Below are positions 60,266 through 64,000 of a DNA stretch of 64,000 nucleotides, one piece after another. This DNA comes from an uncultured Gammaproteobacteria bacterium (GTDB lineage Bacteria; Pseudomonadota; Gammaproteobacteria; DRLM01), in assembly GCA_963729605.1 (NCBI GenBank), contig CAVSNY010000002.1, positions 256,001-320,000 on the forward strand. Reading direction: 5' to 3'. The notes below the pieces were generated by a model that worked only from the letters and a program-made list of their open reading frames with translations, was not told the origin of the DNA and searched no databases. Within the stretch, counting starts at the first letter, position 1, and each line of letters opens with the position of its first letter. A program made the translations under genes and the position numbers.

Positions 60266-60406
60266 TTAATGGCGGGGAAGTTTGTTTTTTTCTTCCCTGT
60301 CTTCGGGACGGGCCTCGCCCCGGTAAATTTGAATGGTGAGATAAATCGTCAGGGCAACGGCGATGGTCCCTACGACTATGACCATGGTGGTAATGATCGA
60401 CGCCAT
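60266..60406 (-). CDS. Small single-pass membrane protein (46 aa, not in ORF track)
   Basis: AAGGAG RBS; MASIITTMVIVVGTIAVALTIYLTIQIYRGEARPEDREEKNKLPRH. Confidence 0.65.
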   Translation of the reverse strand: MASIITTMVIVVGTIAVALTIYLTIQIYRGEARPEDREEKNKLPRH

Positions 60407-60515
60407 GAATGTTCACTCCTTTAAGGTTGTTGACACCTGCCGGGGTTCACCTTTGTAAAGCGCGCTTTCATCTTAGCACCAGATGAAAATCTTTTGCTGA
60501 AATTGATGGGTGATC

Positions 60516-61040
60516 TCACTTCGACGCCGGCAGGGCGGCGGCCCGCAGCAAACCGGCCACGGTCTTGGCGTCGCGCAGGGTGCCGTCCAGCGCCCATTGT
60601 CGAGCGGTGGACCAGCTTATCCAATGGCGTTCGATGAATTCATGGGCCTCGGGGCGAGGCGGTACGGCCTCCAGCCCGCGGGCGAGAAAAAGCTGGATGA
60701 CCTCGTCGCAAAAACCGGGTGTGGTGAGCAGGTCGCCCAATGCCAGCCACTCGATCGCGCGCAAGCCGGCTTCCTCCTCCAGTTCGCGTTGCGCGGTGAG
60801 CAGCGGCGCTTCGCCGCCGTCGCGTTTACCCGCGGGCAATTCCCAGATCCAACCGCCGGCGGCGTGGCGGTATTGCCGCAGCAGGCACACGCGCTGTTGA
60901 TCATCGACGGCCACCACCGCGGCGCCGCCGCGATGACGGATGATTTCCAAACTGATATCGCGGCCATCGGGTAAGCGGGCGGTTTCCAAACCGAGATCCA
61001 CCACGCTGCCGCTGTAGAGGATGCGGCGTTGTCCGGTCAT
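60516..61040 (-). CDS. ADP-ribose pyrophosphatase-like NUDIX hydrolase
   Basis: RH.GGAAVV, RQYRH, ELPAGK, AQRELEEEAG, TPGFCDE, DAKT. Confidence 0.9.
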   Translation of the reverse strand: MTGQRRILYSGSVVDLGLETARLPDGRDISLEIIRHRGGAAVVAVDDQQRVCLLRQYRHAAGGWIWELPAGKRDGGEAPLLTAQRELEEEAGLRAIEWLALGDLLTTPGFCDEVIQLFLARGLEAVPPRPEAHEFIERHWISWSTARQWALDGTLRDAKTVAGLLRAAALPASK

Positions 61041-61078
61041 GGGTTCCTCCTCGCCTGTCCGGCGCCGAATGGATTTGA

Positions 61079-61227
61079 GGAAGCGCTGAATAATTCCATC
61101 GTGGAATTTTCAGGGCACGAGAAGCGAAAAGGTGATTTTCGCTTCCCTGCATTTTCAATGGCTGACACCATCGAAAATGGCGGCACCTCCGTGTGCCGCG
61201 GGAACCTCTGACTAAATCAGAGGCTCC
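61079..61227 (-). mobile_element. MITE-like repeat, copy 4 (149 bp) with 4-bp target duplication
   Basis: TTGA|GGAAGCGCTGAATAA...AATCAGAGGCTCC|TTGA. Confidence 0.88.
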
Positions 61228-61237
61228 TTGACTGATT

Positions 61238-62347
61238 TTAAGGAACACCCCGCGCCGTGTTTCCGCGCAGGGCGGCGCGTAAATAATCCGACAGCCGCGC
61301 GACCGCTTCTTCGATGCCGCTGGGCGCGGGTGGCGCGACGGCGGGCAGATCAAGCAGTTGTCGCAATGCTTCGGCGAGATCGCCTTCCGCCAATGCGCGC
61401 GGTGTGACGGCCCGGCCGCGGCCGCGGCGATGCAGCCATTCCACCAGACACGCCGCCTCGGGCCAATCGTCGCGCGGCACATATAATACGGGGACGCCGT
61501 TGCAGACCGCCTCGCTGAAACTGCCGTAGCCGGGTTTGGTCAGCAAGGCGTCGCTGCTGAGCAGCGTGTCCACGAAGTCGAAACCCAGCGATTCAAAGGC
61601 GACCATGTCGGCGCGCGGCGCGTGCCAGCTCTGCGGGACGATCCAATGCAGTCCCGGCCGCCGCGGCCAGCGGCTCGCGTCCACCTGCATAGGAATGCCG
61701 CCCAGCGACACCAGCACGAAGGTGTCGTCCTCGGCCGCGCCGCAACGGGCCGCCAATTCGGCGCGGCGCGGCGTCCCGAGGCGGGCGATGGGGCCGATGG
61801 CGCGGCGGTTGGCGAGATCGCTCATGGGCATGCTCGGCGCAGGTTGTAAAAACAGTTCCGCGTCGTGATAGGCGGCGAGTATCTGGTCGAGGATGGCCGG
61901 TGCCTCGGGGCGGTGGCCGCAGACATGGCGGTACACATCGGCCCAATTCAGCGAACAGAGGGCCAGCGCCGGAATGCCCGCCTGTTTCGCCGCGGCGAGC
62001 AGGCGGTAGGGCGCATTGGCGAAGACCAGATCGGGCGCGAGCTCCGCCAACCATCGCGCCTCCGCCGCGACCTCGCGCTGCCAGTGTCGATGAAAATCTC
62101 GATAGGCCGCGGCGCTGGCGGCGACGTCCACCGACAAGGCGTCGTTCATCAGCATGCCCACGTCCGGCGCCCGGTCGATGAGGGTGAATTCACCGGCGAT
62201 GCGTTTGGCGAGCAGCGCGCGCGGCAGCGTGGTGTACAGCGTCAAACGCAATCCGGGAAGGCGGTGCCGCAAGGCATTCAGCACCGGCGCGGTCTGCGCC
62301 AGATGGCCGTAGCCGTGGGCGGTGATGGCGGCGAGCAGATGGGACAT
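61238..62347 (-). CDS. GT-B fold glycosyltransferase-like protein
   Basis: HGYGH..Q, SLNW..VY, VSLGG, TKPGYGSFSEA, R.DWPE. Confidence 0.75.
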   Translation of the reverse strand: MSHLLAAITAHGYGHLAQTAPVLNALRHRLPGLRLTLYTTLPRALLAKRIAGEFTLIDRAPDVGMLMNDALSVDVAASAAAYRDFHRHWQREVAAEARWLAELAPDLVFANAPYRLLAAAKQAGIPALALCSLNWADVYRHVCGHRPEAPAILDQILAAYHDAELFLQPAPSMPMSDLANRRAIGPIARLGTPRRAELAARCGAAEDDTFVLVSLGGIPMQVDASRWPRRPGLHWIVPQSWHAPRADMVAFESLGFDFVDTLLSSDALLTKPGYGSFSEAVCNGVPVLYVPRDDWPEAACLVEWLHRRGRGRAVTPRALAEGDLAEALRQLLDLPAVAPPAPSGIEEAVARLSDYLRAALRGNTARGVP

Positions 62348-62356
62348 TTTCGTGGC

Positions 62357-62836
62357 TCAGTTGCAATCGGTGGTGATGGCATGCACCTGAAAACCGATGG
62401 CGTGCTCTTGCCGGCGCGTGACCACCATGTGATAGGGCTGACTCAATGCCTGGGTGGTGATACAACCCGCGCCGGGACTGGTGAGATCGAGATGCGCGGT
62501 CAATGCGCCAGCGACGTTACTTAGTTTGCCGATGCGCAGCGCAACGCCGCCGCGGGTGCGCTGACCGAGAAAGGCGGCGATGACCATGTCGCGCTCAAAG
62601 TCGATTTGCGGCAGCGCGGGAGGCGGTTCCTCCATCGCGGTGTGTTCGCGCCAGAGGGCGGCCAGTGAAGCGGCATCGCGTATCACTTCGAAGCGTTGCG
62701 AAATCACGCCGCTCGAATCGCCTTGCGCGAGCGTGTTGAGCGGCGCCTCCGCCGCGCCGCTCTCGTTGATCAAACAGCCGGCCAGCGGCAAGCTGAGCGC
62801 GGCGCCGAAGACCATGAACAAGAATCGGTGTTTCAT
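62357..62836 (-). CDS. Lipoprotein with PrcB C-terminal-like domain
   Basis: Lipobox LAGC; P.IDF...MVIAAFLG.R..GG, P......TQAL.QPYH.V. Confidence 0.8.
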   Translation of the reverse strand: MKHRFLFMVFGAALSLPLAGCLINESGAAEAPLNTLAQGDSSGVISQRFEVIRDAASLAALWREHTAMEEPPPALPQIDFERDMVIAAFLGQRTRGGVALRIGKLSNVAGALTAHLDLTSPGAGCITTQALSQPYHMVVTRRQEHAIGFQVHAITTDCN

Positions 62837-62844
62837 GTATTTGC

Positions 62845-63759
62845 TCACCGTAGCCACGCGTACCAAAGCGGCAGGGTAAACAAACTCAGGGCGGTGGACA
62901 AGGTGACGGTGGTGGCGTAGAGCTGCGTGTCCAGACGGTAGCGATCGCACAATACCAGGCCCAGCACCATGCAGGGCATGGCCGCTTCCAACACGGTGGC
63001 GACGAGCAGATCACCGCCGAGTCCCAGACCGACGGCCACGCCCCACGCCACCAAGGGCATGAACAGCAGTTGAATGATCAGCACCGGCACCACCAGCGGC
63101 AGGCGTTGCAGATAATGCGGATCCCAGGTGAGGGCCATGCCCAGCGAGATGAGCATCAAGGGCACCACGCCGTTGGCGAGGGTTTGCAACCATTGCTCCA
63201 GGCCCGCCGGCAGCGGCACGTTCGCGCCGTTGAGCGTGAGGGCGGCCACCGCCGCCCACAGCGGCGGCACTTTGAGCAGACCCACGAAGGGATTTTCGCG
63301 TTCCTCATGCGCGCCGTAGGCGCGCGCGATGAGGATGCCGACGGTCAGCAGCAGGGGTGTGCAGGCGAACAAATCATATTGAATCGCGACGCCGCGCGCC
63401 CACGGCCCGAAGGTTTTTTCCAATACCGGCAGACCGAGATAGGTGACGTTGGGAAAGGCGGCGGCGAGCAGCATGGCGCCGGTGATGGTCTTGGGCGTGG
63501 CGTGCAGGCGATAGGCGAGGTAGGCGGCGGCCAGTCCCGCCAGCACGCCGCTGGCGGCGACCGCGGCGATGCGCAGCGCGTCCCAACTCAGCGGCGCGCG
63601 CCACAACACCAGCAACACCAGCGCCGGCAGCAATACGCTGTACACCAGACCGGTGAGCACCCGCCGCGCGGTGTCGGCGCTCAGCCCCGGCGGTTTGATA
63701 TAGCGCCAAGCGACGCCGCAGGCGATGAGCGCCGCCATTTGAATAAGGACTTGTTGCAT
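62845..63759 (-). CDS. AEC (auxin efflux carrier) family transporter
   Basis: LLPALV, FPNVTYLGLP, VVPLML.SLG, LEAAMP; many TMs. Confidence 0.9.
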   Translation of the reverse strand: MQQVLIQMAALIACGVAWRYIKPPGLSADTARRVLTGLVYSVLLPALVLLVLWRAPLSWDALRIAAVAASGVLAGLAAAYLAYRLHATPKTITGAMLLAAAFPNVTYLGLPVLEKTFGPWARGVAIQYDLFACTPLLLTVGILIARAYGAHEERENPFVGLLKVPPLWAAVAALTLNGANVPLPAGLEQWLQTLANGVVPLMLISLGMALTWDPHYLQRLPLVVPVLIIQLLFMPLVAWGVAVGLGLGGDLLVATVLEAAMPCMVLGLVLCDRYRLDTQLYATTVTLSTALSLFTLPLWYAWLR

Positions 63760-63805
63760 GGCGGTGGGACGGGTTACGAAATAAAGAGGAGAGTGCCCGC
63801 ACGCG

Positions 63806-64000
63806 TCAACGCGCGCGGTCGCCGAGTTTGAGCGTGCGTTGCGTGAAATCCGCGTCGGTCAGGCCCACGTTCACTTCGACGTTGCGCATGTCGTAGACGG
63901 CGGAGCCCGGGTTGCGGCTGTTGTTCACCACCACCGTGCGCCAGACCCAGGCGTCTTTGACCCGCTCCCATTTCATGAACTGGCTCTTTATCAAATCGCC
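63806..64000 (-). CDS. Outer-membrane lipoprotein-sorting (LolA-like) protein, C-terminal part
   Basis: LIK....W..V...W......V.N.......VNVGL.D..FT.R.L; 5' end beyond window. Confidence 0.65.
   Translation of the reverse strand, partial: GDLIKSQFMKWERVKDAWVWRTVVVNNSRNPGSAVYDMRNVEVNVGLTDADFTQRTLKLGDRAR

Noticed and set aside
60216-60416. His-rich 66-aa ORF in the track
   Set aside because: Its GTG start overlaps the RBS; the overlapping 46-aa TM frame has correct RBS spacing
45208-61227. Possible CRISPR array or integron attC sites
   Set aside because: Copies are dispersed and in both orientations, lack regular spacers or RYYYAAC/GTTRRRY ends, and no cas or intI gene is present

Overview
GC-rich gammaproteobacterial chromosome segment, mostly core genes: cyaA 3' end, lptM, yajL, yibQ-ctpA-envC-gpmI, arsR-rhodanese-secB-gpsA-murU, mgtC, moeZ, arginase-rocD, apaG, folE, rsmJ, phoPQ, purT, hslO, slt and iscR. 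Many surface or signalling genes are interspersed (two HDOD proteins, PilZ, MCP-PilZ, GAF-GspE, DUF1631, two cytochromes c). I saw no rRNA, tRNA, CRISPR array, integrase or transposase. The most interesting signals are intergenic or below the ORF-track cut-off: (1) four copies of a ~149-bp multi-hairpin element with IS5-like ends, one 4-bp target duplication and compensatory base changes; (2) a sigma54-driven, terminator-ended ~160-nt noncoding RNA rich in anti-Shine-Dalgarno motifs; (3) a phage-like XRE repressor switch controlling a divergent CsrA-like gene; (4) a leader-peptide attenuator in front of an EamA transporter; (5) a Pro-rich uORF before mgtC; (6) a 38-nt copy of HDOD coding sequence sitting in an intergenic region. 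All product calls come from motif recognition by eye; no database searches were run.
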